Source: Planctomycetota bacterium | GTDB taxonomy: Bacteria; Planctomycetota; UBA1135; JACQFD01 | DNA length: 64,000 nt | Reading direction: 5' to 3' | Assembly: GCA_046160785.1 (NCBI GenBank) | Contig: JBJXHE010000071.1 | Span: 69,812-133,811 of the forward strand | In this document: one piece after another, positions 19,344-28,262 of the stretch | Layout: every line of letters begins with the position of its first letter | Numbering within the stretch: position 1 is the first letter of the stretch | Notes under the pieces: model-generated | Database searches by the model: none | The model's input: the letters and a program-made list of their open reading frames with translations, nothing else | What the model was told of the DNA's origin: nothing | Position numbers and translations under genes: made by a program

Positions 19344-21224
19344 ATGACCCTCGCAAACGCAGGCCGCTTGCTCGTTCTCGTGTTTTTATTGCATTTCGGT
19401 GCAATGGGGAATCAGTCGGATAAGCGGCAGCTCGATGAAGTTGCGGTTACTACGAAAAAAAGTCGAGAGAATCCTGAAGGCGAAAAAATAATCTTCGAAG
19501 GGATTGTTATTGAAGAGAGTTTGACGCGAGTTGTGATTCAAGACGGCGAAGTTAAACATATATTTCAACACGAAGACGTTCGAAATATAAATTATCATGT
19601 AGATGCTTCATTAGTAGTGTCTGCGAAGAAAGAGCTCGCATATGGATGGCCAAGCAGAAGAAACGCAATCAAACGCTTACAATCCTGGAGGCCTTCTCGA
19701 TCCGTGCTCGAGCCGATGAAGTTCTATCATCTAGGATGTGCGTTTTTCGAGTCGGGAGAATTTGAGGATGCTGAAAAACAGTGGATGATCGTTTTCAAAG
19801 AATATGGGGATAGTTATTATGTTTGGGATTCGCTGCGAATGTTAATGCACGTAACTGTAAGATTAGGAAAATCGGCTGCCGCATTAGAAGCGTTTGAGAA
19901 TGCAATAAAACTGTCCAGGGATCTTGGGCAGCCCGAGCGCGAAAAAGCGTATCGTGAGTATTGGAATAGTGGTGTTCCGCCGCCGCCACCGCCGGGGAGT
20001 GACGGCAGCGACGGCAGTTTTCCGTGGAATCGAAAGGGTCCGCGTCGAGGATGGGCTTACGATCAGATAAATATCATAATTCGGCCGGGAAATGGCGCGA
20101 CCGCAAATAGCGAAGCGGCCGTCGAACGCGGACTCCATTGGCTGGCGCGCCACCAAGCCGCGGATGGCAGCTGGCCGGTTGAAGGATCGATAACGAAATG
20201 TATCACTACAGAACCATGCGACCGTTTGGGAAATGCTAATTTTAGAATTGCTCTGACCGCGCTGTCGGTGCTTGCGTTCATGGAGGCCGGTTTTAATACA
20301 CAGTCTTTAAATAAGTTGGTAGGTGTGCAATCTAAGAATACTGTCTATGTGGGAAATATTATAAAAAGGGGATTACTTTGGCTTCACGCGTCTTCGATAT
20401 TAAATACTCCTGACGCTACAGATGATGCTTGGGGTATGAATCAGTCGATAGCAACGCTCGTAATCGTGAAGGCGTTCGGATCGACTCGCGCGCCGCAATG
20501 GAAAAAAGTTGCACAGTCGCTGATAGAGAATCTCTTAGTTAACAAATGTCCGGCGGGCGGCTGGGGACGCACTCCGAAAGCTACAGAAATGGATATTACA
20601 GTTACGACGTGGGCTGTTCAGGCGCTGCTGGCCGCGGAGCGCGCGGGAATGGTTGTCGGTTCCGGCTGGAAAAATGAAATGATAAGATTGTATGAGTCCC
20701 AATTCGATTCCTCGACGGAGACTCCTCCCATCTTTAATTTTCTTCCATCGTTAATAATTGCGCCCTTTCAAGCCAAGTATATGAACCTCGCGATTATTAG
20801 TAATAAAGAAAAGACTGATCCGCGGCTCCATCATCAGATAAAGCTCTGCTCGGCAGCGTTACCCACGATCAACATGGAGCTGAGCGGACTCGAATTGAAC
20901 TATTGGCACGATGCCTCGCTTGCCTTGTATCAATTGGACGGTCCGAATTCCGTTAAACTACAGAACGGCAAGGCCTGGAATCGTTGGAATGAGGCAATGA
21001 AGACGGCTTTATTAGATACACAAATTCAAAATCGTGAATCGTGCGCCGACGGCTCATGGAATTGTAATGTTAATGATGGATTTGAGTCGGGCCGAATTTT
21101 TGCAACCGCGATCGCAACGTTAACGTTGGAAAGTTACTACCGTTATTCCCGGCTTTCTAAAAATCCCGAGCCGGCGTCGCGTCCGCCTCTGCGACAGACG
21201 GACAGCCAGCCGGCGAAAAAGTAA
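19344..21224 (+). CDS. secreted TPR-like plus prenyltransferase/squalene-oxidase-repeat (alpha/alpha toroid) protein
   Basis: Signal peptide MTLANAGRLLVLVFLLHFGA from ATG 19344. Repeat-type segments AVERGLHWLARHQAADGSWP, KCPAGGWGR, CADGSWN. Confidence 0.65.
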   Translation: MTLANAGRLLVLVFLLHFGAMGNQSDKRQLDEVAVTTKKSRENPEGEKIIFEGIVIEESLTRVVIQDGEVKHIFQHEDVRNINYHVDASLVVSAKKELAYGWPSRRNAIKRLQSWRPSRSVLEPMKFYHLGCAFFESGEFEDAEKQWMIVFKEYGDSYYVWDSLRMLMHVTVRLGKSAAALEAFENAIKLSRDLGQPEREKAYREYWNSGVPPPPPPGSDGSDGSFPWNRKGPRRGWAYDQINIIIRPGNGATANSEAAVERGLHWLARHQAADGSWPVEGSITKCITTEPCDRLGNANFRIALTALSVLAFMEAGFNTQSLNKLVGVQSKNTVYVGNIIKRGLLWLHASSILNTPDATDDAWGMNQSIATLVIVKAFGSTRAPQWKKVAQSLIENLLVNKCPAGGWGRTPKATEMDITVTTWAVQALLAAERAGMVVGSGWKNEMIRLYESQFDSSTETPPIFNFLPSLIIAPFQAKYMNLAIISNKEKTDPRLHHQIKLCSAALPTINMELSGLELNYWHDASLALYQLDGPNSVKLQNGKAWNRWNEAMKTALLDTQIQNRESCADGSWNCNVNDGFESGRIFATAIATLTLESYYRYSRLSKNPEPASRPPLRQTDSQPAKK

Positions 21225-21245
21225 CTTTCGTCAAAACTTCAATTC

Positions 21246-21322
<77 letters not shown>

Positions 21323-21572
21323 GTAGCGGCGCCGACGGTACGTTGATTAGCATTCATTCGCAAGATTCGGGAACGCGCGCCTTGAACTTTTAAATTTTCT
21401 TGTTTGCGCAAATTGGCCGTAGGAGTCTACCTTATAGATACAAGAGGCGTGGGCTGTGCCGGAACTTTCCGGCTCCGCTCAGGTTTTTGTGTTACAATTC
21501 CGATGGAATTGCCTACGGGCTTTTTGTAACACTCCCTTTACACCCGCTTCGATCAAGTTTACAGATACGCGA

Positions 21573-22598
21573 ATGGAAAATAACCTCCAAGGATGTTCGA
21601 GCGACCTTCGTGCGCCGCGAATCTCGCGAGCAATGGGGTTCGCCTATCTTGGATTGTTAGCAATCGGTATCGCGGGCGCGCTTTCTTTGTTAACTTCCGG
21701 ATTCAAAGTCGGCGGAAAAGCAGAAACTTATTTATTCGCGGATGGCAGCAATCCGACGCTGGGAATTGATTCAGATAATGAAGGAGTTGTTGACTCGGTC
21801 GAAATTCAATTTGGAACTTCACATCTTATTCCCGATACCGATGGCGACGGGGCCTCGGATCTCGTGGAAACTTTATATGCAACAAATGCATTAAACCCGC
21901 TCAGTTTCCCGGGCGCCGCGCAGCTTTCTAAGCCTCGCGCAAACATTACTTCATACTTCGAAGGCGATAATTATCATATTGTAGTATCCCTCGCGGTTCC
22001 GAATGGTGATCTATCAACTGTTTCAAATGCGGGCGCGTTGCTTTTTGCGCCGCAGTTATATGGTTCGTCCATTCCGCAGGTTGTTGACTTAAATCCGCTA
22101 ATTTTAGCAAGTTCCGTTTTGGTGCAGTCGGCCGGACCCGGTTCCGATACTAAGATTTTTTCGTCGGACTCGTGGTTTCCGAAAAGCATCTTAAACGCGT
22201 TTATGGGTTCGGACGGATTTGTACAATTCTCGATCGCGTTCAACGCGGTAGTCAATGGAACGTTGATCGGAGACTTAGCATTTTTCACGACGATGGCGCC
22301 GATGGACTCTTTGTTAACGAGTCTTGCGTATTTACAGATCGGCGCGCAGTCTCCGGGTACCGGCGTGTTTAAGCCGCTTTCGCCGGTCTCATTGCCGCCG
22401 AATTGGACTCCTGACAGCGCGTGTTTTGTAACAAGTGAATTGGTCGCGGTTGAATATGGTGCGGTGTTGGTTCTTCAAGGGACGGAAGCGAACTGCGAGC
22501 CTCAGGAGGGCACTATTTGTAATCCCGCGTCGTGCGGGGAACTGATCGGGAGAATCTTTCGAGTTGTGGATCCCTGCACGCTGGGAATTTGTTTCTAA
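21573..22598 (+). CDS. hypothetical exported protein with Asp-rich calcium-binding-type motifs and a Cys-rich C-terminus
   Basis: Hydrophobic anchor MGFAYLGLLAIGIAGALSLL. DSDNEGVVDSVE and DTDGDGASDLVE (thrombospondin-type-3-like). Ends CEPQEGTICNPASCGELIGRIFRVVDPCTLGICF. Start is ATG 21573 or 21633. Confidence 0.5.
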   Translation: MENNLQGCSSDLRAPRISRAMGFAYLGLLAIGIAGALSLLTSGFKVGGKAETYLFADGSNPTLGIDSDNEGVVDSVEIQFGTSHLIPDTDGDGASDLVETLYATNALNPLSFPGAAQLSKPRANITSYFEGDNYHIVVSLAVPNGDLSTVSNAGALLFAPQLYGSSIPQVVDLNPLILASSVLVQSAGPGSDTKIFSSDSWFPKSILNAFMGSDGFVQFSIAFNAVVNGTLIGDLAFFTTMAPMDSLLTSLAYLQIGAQSPGTGVFKPLSPVSLPPNWTPDSACFVTSELVAVEYGAVLVLQGTEANCEPQEGTICNPASCGELIGRIFRVVDPCTLGICF

Positions 22599-22685
22599 TC
22601 GCAATCGAGACTCGCGCGAACTTTGACTTTGCGCGAACGATTAGATCCGAATGTGGGATAGCGATTTGAGAAGCACGAATCCGAT

Positions 22686-22712
22686 GGAACTCGCGCTCAA
22701 CTAGGCAGCGTC
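22686..22712 (+). promoter_or_regulatory. candidate ECF-type promoter (GGAAC-N18-CGTC)
   Basis: GGAAC at 22686-22690 and CGTC at 22709-22712, ending 13 nt upstream of the GTG start of the ECF sigma gene. Confidence 0.3.
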
Positions 22713-22725
22713 GAAGCTACAACCG

Positions 22726-23349
22726 GTGGGTGCCGACGACACTGAACTAATTCGCCGCTGCCAAAAGGCTGTGGGCGAAGAGTTTAATGAAACGTTTGGT
22801 GAACTTTACCGATTGTTTAAGGATCGTGTTTACAGCGTTGCTTATCGCATCACTGGAAACCCTTCCGACGCGCTCGATGCTTCGCAGGAAACCTTTTCGA
22901 TACTATTCCGGAAAATTAGAGACTTTAGATTTCAATCTAAATTTTCGAGCTGGGTATATCGAATCGCTGTGAATGCTAGTATTGATTTGTGTCGAAGGTC
23001 AACGTTAAGAAACACGGGCTCCTTAGATACAATTATTAACAATCCTCAACGACCACTCGAACACGCCGCGTTTACTCCAGAAGATGAAAATGCGGTGCGG
23101 CCCCGAGTCGCCGCGGAAGAGAACGAATTCTCAAACGATATACAATTAGCCATACAAAGACTTTCCCCAAAACTGAGAACAATTATTGTATTAAGATACT
23201 TAGAAAACCAGTCTTATGAAGAGGTTTCCGAAGTGTTGGGTTGTTCACTCGGTACTGTAAAGTCGCGACTCGCGCGTGCGCACTCCGCCCTTGAACCACT
23301 TCTACTTCGAGTTTGTGAAAAACACTATCTAAACGAAAAAAAACCATGA
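22726..23349 (+). CDS. ECF RNA polymerase sigma factor
   Basis: Region 2 DASQETFSILFRKI...FSSWVYRIAVNASIDL. Region 4 QSYEEVSEVLGCSLGTVKSRLARAHSAL. Confidence 0.85.
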   Translation: MGADDTELIRRCQKAVGEEFNETFGELYRLFKDRVYSVAYRITGNPSDALDASQETFSILFRKIRDFRFQSKFSSWVYRIAVNASIDLCRRSTLRNTGSLDTIINNPQRPLEHAAFTPEDENAVRPRVAAEENEFSNDIQLAIQRLSPKLRTIIVLRYLENQSYEEVSEVLGCSLGTVKSRLARAHSALEPLLLRVCEKHYLNEKKP

Positions 23350-23933
23350 CCCCCGCCGACGTAATCCTTCCCGAAGATTGCGCCCGGTTTCGTGCGTCCA
23401 TCGACGAATGGTTCGATGGCTCGTTAGATTCCGGCGTGCGGCGTGAATTTACAGATCACCGGTCGAAGTGTGCGTCGTGTTCAGAATTGTTAGCGATGCG
23501 GACGTCTACCGTCGGCGTGCTGCGCGCCGCTGGAAAATTACAGATGCTAGCTCCGAGCAAGCTCGACGCATTTGTTAAGAATGTCGGCGAGCCGGAAGGG
23601 TTTGTTCGTTTAATGTTAAATCACGTGGAGCCGGTCTCAGCTCCGCAGGAACTCGATCAGCGCGTTTTGGTTCCAGATCGCGCGCCGTCCGGAGTTTTAT
23701 ACTTTTCAATACTAAAGAAACGGCAGGCGCGGCGGCGCATGATTCTCGTCGCGGCGGCGAGCCTCTTTGTCGCCGTGGCCGCGGGCGTTTCTTACAAATC
23801 GATCTTCGCGGATTCCCGCGAGCGCCGAGCAAACTTTAAATTTAGCGAAGTTTCCGCAAGCGAGATTCCCGAAGTCTTGCGATCGTTGGCGGGCAGCCTT
23901 TCCGGTGATGTTACAATTTTGAGGAAAGGTTAA
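23346..23933 (+). CDS. putative anti-sigma factor (zf-HC2-like, one TM helix)
   Basis: ATGA overlap with the sigma gene. HRSKCASCSELL motif. TM helix MILVAAASLFVAVAAGV. Confidence 0.55.
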   Translation: MTPADVILPEDCARFRASIDEWFDGSLDSGVRREFTDHRSKCASCSELLAMRTSTVGVLRAAGKLQMLAPSKLDAFVKNVGEPEGFVRLMLNHVEPVSAPQELDQRVLVPDRAPSGVLYFSILKKRQARRRMILVAAASLFVAVAAGVSYKSIFADSRERRANFKFSEVSASEIPEVLRSLAGSLSGDVTILRKG

Positions 23934-24949
23934 TGATCATGAAACGGCAAAGTTACAATGCCCAAATGCCGTTTCGGCTGCTTGGATTCGTATGCTCCGC
24001 GATTTGTGTATTTCTGCTCCAAGCGTGCCGCGACAGTGGCGCGCTGGCGGCGGTTGAATTAGTAAAAAAGGCCGCGCCGACCTCGGCGGAGCGCCCGTCG
24101 TATCGCGGCGTTCGAATGGTAGAGACGATCTCCGGCGACCGCGTGAGCCGCCACCGAGAAAATGTATTTGATAACGGCGGCCGCGACATCGGTTTGTCGC
24201 TAGTCAAAGATCCTAACAATACGTCGCACACGCAAATCCAAGAGTTATTATTTGTTATTCACGGCCGATTTTCTTATCAATTTCGTGATATATCCATTGG
24301 CCAGACGGAATGGGTCGCGGCGAATTATCTAATTTATCTGAGTGAAGATCACGCGATGGTCGCCGGGCGGCCGACTGCAAAATTAGAATTTGTTCCGAAG
24401 CATCACAACGCGGTGCGCGTGGAAGTGCGATTTGATGAAGAAACGGGCCTTGCTCTCGAAGTTGTGCGATTTGATGCAACCAATCGCGTCAACTATCGAA
24501 TGCGATATGATCAAATAGAGATTGGTAATGTTACGCGCTCGCGAAACGATCCGCCGACGCTTCCCGATCCGCCCAATAAATTACAATTATCCGATGTTCC
24601 GCCCGGAACAACGATCCTCAGCGGCCAGAGCATCCCAGCGGGTTTTGTATTATCGGAGCGAACTGTTACATCGGCGCAATTGGATACACACGCAAAGTTA
24701 TTTGTAGTCGATCGTTATTCCGACGGCCTGCAAAATTTATTTGTAACACAAGGTGAATTCTCGGCGATGTTTAACAATCCGCCGGCGGTGGATTCCGGCG
24801 GCGGCGAGCCCGTTTTTTCCGTTACGAATCTTGGCGCGATCAATGTTGTTTGGGGTCGCCGGGAAGAGAAATCTCTCGCCGCGTTTGGCCCGTTCGATCG
24901 GAGCCTACTTGCAGAAGTAATTATGGGTTACAGTCGTTCGACGAAGTAA
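23933..24949 (+). CDS. MucB/RseB-like periplasmic sigma-E-pathway regulator
   Basis: Signal/anchor LLGFVCSAICVFLL. The segment MVAGRPTAKLEFVPKHHNAVRVEVRFDEETGLALEVVRFD parallels the RseB core (..VAGRP..L...P......E...D..TGL.L..). Confidence 0.55.
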   Translation: MIMKRQSYNAQMPFRLLGFVCSAICVFLLQACRDSGALAAVELVKKAAPTSAERPSYRGVRMVETISGDRVSRHRENVFDNGGRDIGLSLVKDPNNTSHTQIQELLFVIHGRFSYQFRDISIGQTEWVAANYLIYLSEDHAMVAGRPTAKLEFVPKHHNAVRVEVRFDEETGLALEVVRFDATNRVNYRMRYDQIEIGNVTRSRNDPPTLPDPPNKLQLSDVPPGTTILSGQSIPAGFVLSERTVTSAQLDTHAKLFVVDRYSDGLQNLFVTQGEFSAMFNNPPAVDSGGGEPVFSVTNLGAINVVWGRREEKSLAAFGPFDRSLLAEVIMGYSRSTK

Positions 24950-24990
24950 GTAACAGTTCGAAGTTGTGAATTACCGATAAACCTCACCAC

Positions 24991-26736
24991 TTGGAGGTTC
25001 ACTTGTTAGCGTTTTCAATCTTAACAATTTCAGTTTTATTAAATGGCGGCGGCTCCAGCGACGGTTCCGCGCTGCGGCAAGGCCAGTATCGCGGCCCCAT
25101 CGACGAAATCCTGACTGGGTTCCCGACGCCGGGCGGCCCGACTCCAGGCATACCCACAGATCCGGCCGCGATGGGCGATTTGATAGGAGCAGCGGAAGGC
25201 TATAACCGTTGGGAATTCTGGTTTGAAATTAACAAAGACCTTTTGTTGCGTTCGCGTGATTTTCGCCGGCGCGAAATATTGTCGGAAGGACCGCCGCTTC
25301 CCGAGCCGATTGCCGACGACGGAAAAGTAAGAATCGGCGAAGCGCGCAACCTCATCGCGCCCGCGCTGCGCGCATCATTAAAATCTACAGATCCGCGTGT
25401 CGTGCGACAGGCCGCGCTCGGCCTCGGCCGAATGAGCGCAAAAGATGCAATTCCAGAATTAGATGAATTGAGCCAAAAGTCGGATCCCGAAACGAAGCGT
25501 TATGCAATTCTAGCATTAGGAATGATGGACGACCGCGCGGTGCTTCCGAAACTTGTTAATGTTCTGGTCGATCCGCAGGCAAGCGTTGAACTTCGCGCGG
25601 CGGCAGCGCTTGGCCTCGGCTTGCACGGTCGCAAGGAAGGCGCGCGATTTTTACGAGATTTCTTGGAACGCTTATTAAACGCGGAAACCGCCGTCGGCTC
25701 GGAAAAGGAAGTATTTGTAGCAGCAACAATAGCACTCGGCATGTGCCGCGACCGCGAAACCGCGCCGCTACTGATCGCTCGCTACAGAATGTTAAGAGAA
25801 GTCCGAACTGCACGATCGCGCAGTATTGAAGTATTACTATTAAATGCGCTCGGCAGAATCGGCGATCCGAGCGGAATTATAACATTGCTTGAAGCGCTCG
25901 GCGAAAAAGATGAGCAAATCCGTCGGTCGGCCGCGCAGGCGCTCGGCGACTTGGGCGATCGAACCGCGGTCAAAGCATTAATTGAAGTATTAGAAAAAGA
26001 CCACGACGAACAGACGCGTGGATTTGCAGCAATCTCGCTCGGACGCCTCGGAAGCGAAGCGGCCCGCGACGCGCTGCGAATCGGATTTACTGTAAAGTCT
26101 TCGCGAACTGTAAAAACCTTCAGCGCACTCGGCCTCGGCTTGCTCGGCGATCGCGCGTTCTCGCCGGAAATATTAAAAGCGCTTCAGCAGCCGTCGGAAG
26201 AGGATTCCAAAGGCGCGTTCGCGATAGCGCTCGGATTACTACAAGAAACAAAAGCGGTCGAAACATTACTAAAAGTTGTTGAAACCCGCGGCGCGAATGC
26301 CGCCTTTCGCGGTTATTGTGCTATTGCTTTAGGTATGATTCGTCCGGAAGGCGTGCTCGACCGGCTTATTAAGATTCTCGAAGAAGATCCTGACAAAGTG
26401 GATCTGTGGCGCCGCGCGTTATGTTTAGGAATCGGATTGTTTGGCCAGCCAAAGGCATCGCCCGCTTTAGTTAAAGTTCTTCAAAACGACCCGCGCGCGA
26501 TCGTCCGTGAGCATTCAGCGCTCGCTCTCAATCTCTCCCGCGGAAGAAGTAGCATTTCGATGCTCACGACGACGCTCGAAAAGGAACAAATGAAAGGCGA
26601 CTTATCACTTTTCTGCGTGTCCGCGCTTAGCGGACTCGGAGATCGCTTTGAGTATCCTCTAATTTCCGAAACGTTTTTTAACGTTAATTATCGCGTTCGA
26701 AACACGTTCCTCGAAGACTTACAAAAAGTATTATAG
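24991..26736 (+). CDS. HEAT-repeat (PBS-lyase-type) protein
   Basis: Many repeats of the D..VR..AA.ALG..G...A...L type. TTG 25003 preceded by GGAGG (24993-24997) may be the real start. Confidence 0.8.
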   Translation: MEVHLLAFSILTISVLLNGGGSSDGSALRQGQYRGPIDEILTGFPTPGGPTPGIPTDPAAMGDLIGAAEGYNRWEFWFEINKDLLLRSRDFRRREILSEGPPLPEPIADDGKVRIGEARNLIAPALRASLKSTDPRVVRQAALGLGRMSAKDAIPELDELSQKSDPETKRYAILALGMMDDRAVLPKLVNVLVDPQASVELRAAAALGLGLHGRKEGARFLRDFLERLLNAETAVGSEKEVFVAATIALGMCRDRETAPLLIARYRMLREVRTARSRSIEVLLLNALGRIGDPSGIITLLEALGEKDEQIRRSAAQALGDLGDRTAVKALIEVLEKDHDEQTRGFAAISLGRLGSEAARDALRIGFTVKSSRTVKTFSALGLGLLGDRAFSPEILKALQQPSEEDSKGAFAIALGLLQETKAVETLLKVVETRGANAAFRGYCAIALGMIRPEGVLDRLIKILEEDPDKVDLWRRALCLGIGLFGQPKASPALVKVLQNDPRAIVREHSALALNLSRGRSSISMLTTTLEKEQMKGDLSLFCVSALSGLGDRFEYPLISETFFNVNYRVRNTFLEDLQKVL

Positions 26737-26760
26737 AATTTTAATTCTATAATACTTTTT
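26723..26760. terminator. candidate bidirectional intrinsic terminator (38-nt perfect palindrome)
   Basis: AAAAAGTATTATAGAATT-TT-AATTCTATAATACTTTTT. A5 and T5 flank an AT-rich stem between two convergent stop codons (26734-36 and 26766-68). Confidence 0.45.
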
Positions 26761-26765
26761 CAACA

Positions 26766-28016
26766 TTACTTTTTCTTAGGATCCTTAGCCTTAGGATCTT
26801 TAGCTTTCGGATCCGGCGCCGTCGGCTTCTTCTTCTTTCCGCCGTATTCTTCAAGAACGTATTTCTTCCAGTTGTCTTCCAGGTCGGAGAGCGTCCACCC
26901 GGTTGCTCGTTTGAGTGATGTTGCAAACGATCGCTGGCCGCGCATTCCCTTAAATGTAGCAACGAACTTTTCGCGGTGCGCGGGCTGCATCGCCCAATCA
27001 ATGAATGAATAGGATTTCGCGAGATCAAGGAACGTGAGCGCGTTCAGGTCTGTTTTTGTTAATTGGGCGAAATCCTTACCTTTGTCCTCTGTGCCCTGCG
27101 CAATTTCGAGGCAAATGAGTCGATAGGCCGTGTCGCGGTTTTTATCAGCAATCGCGATTCCTCCGGCATATTTAGCATTCGTAATACAATACATCGAATT
27201 ACTACCCGTGAACCGAATCGCGGAGTACATTGCCATTCCTTCGGTGAGCCATTCTATTTGTTCTATTTCAGGCTCCTTCTCACCGGGCTTCATCGGCTTG
27301 GGTGCTTCGCCAGTCGACGGGCCGTCCGCAGCCGCTTCGCCATCTGTAGCCAGCGGCTTCGGCTCGGGAAACCGCGGGCCCACGCGCGAAACATATGTCA
27401 TAAACGTTTGCCCGATGCGGTGCGCAATTTCCGATTCAATATTATCTAATTCCCAGTCGGAAGCGAGCGGGCTTGGAAAAGCTAAAATTAATCCGCCTAC
27501 GTCCTGAAACCCTGCGAGATTCTTGCCGAGTCCATGGCTCGCGTGCCGTTTATCAAGATATCCGCGGCACGCATCTGTAAACGACGACTTACTTTTAAAA
27601 TGATACATATAAAAAGGGCCCGCGCGTTTCGCCCACAAATCTGCGACGGCGTCGACTCCGAAATCCTTCGCAAGGTCAAATACCATGGAATCTGCCATTC
27701 TTACTAATTGTTGAATTCGGTCCGTCGGGTCTTCAGCGAATATTGCAATCGTGAGTCCTTGCGCGCCGTGGAAGTCTGCGCCGATCTGACCAGAAAGTTT
27801 TTCACATTCTTTTTTTATCTTATCATCATTTTTTTTGATAGCTTCGTCGACACCCTTGGGCGTTCCAGTAATATTAACTTTCACGGGAGCGGCTTCGCCG
27901 CTAGTGCCGTCGTCTCCGCTCGGACCCGGCTTTTTTCCGCCCTGGGCCAGTGCAGAGGATGTTAATAAAACTATTGGTAATAACGAGAACGAAACCAGAC
28001 GTGCGAGTTGTGACAT
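26766..28016 (-). CDS. secreted hypothetical protein (possibly DUF1570/peptidase-MA-like) with a Lys/Asp/Pro repeat tail
   Basis: Signal peptide MSQLARLVSFSLLPIVLLTSSALAQ from ATG 28016. WLTEGMAMYSA segment. C-terminal PDPKAKDPKAKDPKKK. Confidence 0.55.
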   Translation of the reverse strand: MSQLARLVSFSLLPIVLLTSSALAQGGKKPGPSGDDGTSGEAAPVKVNITGTPKGVDEAIKKNDDKIKKECEKLSGQIGADFHGAQGLTIAIFAEDPTDRIQQLVRMADSMVFDLAKDFGVDAVADLWAKRAGPFYMYHFKSKSSFTDACRGYLDKRHASHGLGKNLAGFQDVGGLILAFPSPLASDWELDNIESEIAHRIGQTFMTYVSRVGPRFPEPKPLATDGEAAADGPSTGEAPKPMKPGEKEPEIEQIEWLTEGMAMYSAIRFTGSNSMYCITNAKYAGGIAIADKNRDTAYRLICLEIAQGTEDKGKDFAQLTKTDLNALTFLDLAKSYSFIDWAMQPAHREKFVATFKGMRGQRSFATSLKRATGWTLSDLEDNWKKYVLEEYGGKKKKPTAPDPKAKDPKAKDPKKK

Positions 28017-28209
28017 GGAGATGAGGTCCCTAGAGGAGCGACAAGTATACGTAACCGCCCCGCTGTCGGCGCGGTGCGACATGCCAATGTTGCAATTTGT
28101 CGACAGCGTCGTTGGTTGCCGACACCGATACGCGGACTACTTTCAAATAGAATTGGCGTAACTCTCGATCGAATAACACTAACACCAGCCCGGAACCACA
28201 AAACGGCCT

Positions 28210-28224
28210 TGGCACGTCCTCTGC
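28210..28224 (+). promoter_or_regulatory. candidate sigma-54 (-24/-12) promoter
   Basis: TGGCACG-TCCT-CTGC compared with the consensus TGGCACG-N4-TTGC. Lies 38 nt upstream of ATG 28263. Confidence 0.3.
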
Positions 28225-28262
28225 CATTGAAGCGAACAACTCCAACGACTGAATTTCACCGA

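Noticed and set aside
19344-21224. Squalene-hopene cyclase, which would make the adjacent radical SAM/GT genes a hopanoid cluster
   Set aside because: The protein has a signal peptide and a TPR-like N-terminal half. I find no DxDDTA-type catalytic motif, only generic QW-like toroid repeats. It is more consistent with the secreted prenyltransferase/squalene-oxidase-repeat proteins.
21323-21572. 250-nt non-coding stretch next to tRNA-Arg, considered as a small RNA, an attenuator or a genomic-island junction. It holds two short palindromes: GCCGGAACTTTCCGGC at 21458-21473 and CAATTCCGATGGAATTG at 21495-21511.
   Set aside because: The stems are short (5-7 bp) and the T-runs lie 9-10 nt away, so they are not canonical terminators. 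There is no integrase, no duplicated tRNA 3' end and no compositional break that I could see.
26775-26819. Tandem 15-bp repeats (CTTAGGATCCTTAGC / CTTAGGATCTTTAGC / degenerate third unit), considered as a CRISPR-like or VNTR element
   Set aside because: They lie inside the CDS 26766-28016 and simply encode the C-terminal KDPKAKDPKAK tail. There are no spacers and no array structure.
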